64,000 nucleotides of DNA from Antedon mediterranea (lineage: Eukaryota; Animalia; Echinodermata). The stretch lies in assembly GCF_964355755.1 (NCBI RefSeq), contig NC_092670.1:8050201-8114200 (forward strand), read 5' to 3'. Numbering within the stretch: the first letter of the stretch is position 1; each line of letters begins with the position of its first letter. This document shows, piece after piece, positions 63,147 to 64,000 of the stretch. A program made the translations under genes and the position numbers. The notes beneath the pieces were generated by a model that was given only the letters and a program-made list of their open reading frames with translations, made no database searches and was not told the DNA's origin.

Positions 63147-64000
63147 ACTAGAATTTAATTCGTCACTTTGACGAATTATAGGGTGACAAATTATAGGTGA
63201 TCATTTTTATCATTTTATTGACATTAATATTTTTAAACATGCACGTAATATGTTAACATACTGTACAATCGGAAAACGTTGATGTACTGTATGCCATCCT
63301 ATCTTATAGTGCTGAGTTGTGCCTGTTATATGCCATATACAATATGTACAGTATATACTGTATATCTATATACAGTGTAGCATAGGTGAAATTACGGGAC
63401 ACACATCATGTTCTAATTTTTTGGTATGATGGAATTATCAAAATAAACTCAAAGTTAACAATTTCGAAAGATAATGAATTGAGCAAATAAATATAAGAAT
63501 TGGAAGAGAATTTGGCACGTAGAAGTGCAATGCGCGCTCTTTGAAATTTGTATAACTTTGACTAAAGAAATTTAAAAACTACTTTTTAACTTCAACTGGC
63601 CATATGATAACATCGCAACACCCGATTATTATTTATTTTATATGAATTCATATCTAAATTTCATCAGCTTTCATAAAAAGTTATAATATTCAAGGTCACC
63701 TTTAATTCTAAAGAGCTGTAACATATTCAAATGTATGGTGTAGGTGAAATTACACGTCCTACGTTATTCAACTTTTTACGCGTAATGACGTCATCAAAAT
63801 GAAAACGCTAACCACTATTGGAAAGATAAAATTTATCTTTCCAATAGTGGTTAGCGTTTTCATACAAATTTCAGTATATGCTTGCTTAATTATTTAATAA
63901 TTAAGCAAGCATATACTGAAATTTGTGCAAAATTCGAGCACAAATAACCGAGATACGCTCTGTTGAATGTGATAATCTACACAAAAAGATAAAAAATCCA
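63147..64000 (-). mobile_element. HINE-like element, paralog of 51327-52880 (partial)
   Basis: Same ACTAG plus hairpin end and same internal sequence. Confidence 0.72.

Overview
AT-rich eukaryotic (metazoan, probably invertebrate) genomic DNA with no prokaryotic operons, rRNA or CRISPR. 1-38.1 kb is almost entirely nested transposons. It holds two LINE fragments and an apparently intact Ty3/Gypsy LTR retrotransposon (3479-11572; CTCG TSD, tRNA-Phe PBS, UUUAAAC -1 frameshift). It also holds a foldback element and a 22-kb PIF/Harbinger element (16029-38139, TTA TSD) whose intron-containing transposase is split by a hAT element (8-bp TSD). Inside the hAT lies a decayed Chapaev/RAG1-like transposon (16820-24707, 4-bp TSD) with bipartite TIRs whose spacers differ by 12 bp, reminiscent of RSS asymmetry; this is the most interesting item. 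P-type (7-bp TSD), Merlin-like (8-bp TSD), Kolobok-like (TTAA) and Helentron-associated elements are also present. 38.2-64 kb is a tandemly duplicated C2H2 zinc-finger cluster, mostly disrupted, with one copy carrying about 23 amplified 25-aa broken fingers. A decayed Polinton-type protein-primed DNA polymerase lies between the duplicated units. All calls were made by eye; repeat boundaries without a TSD are approximate.
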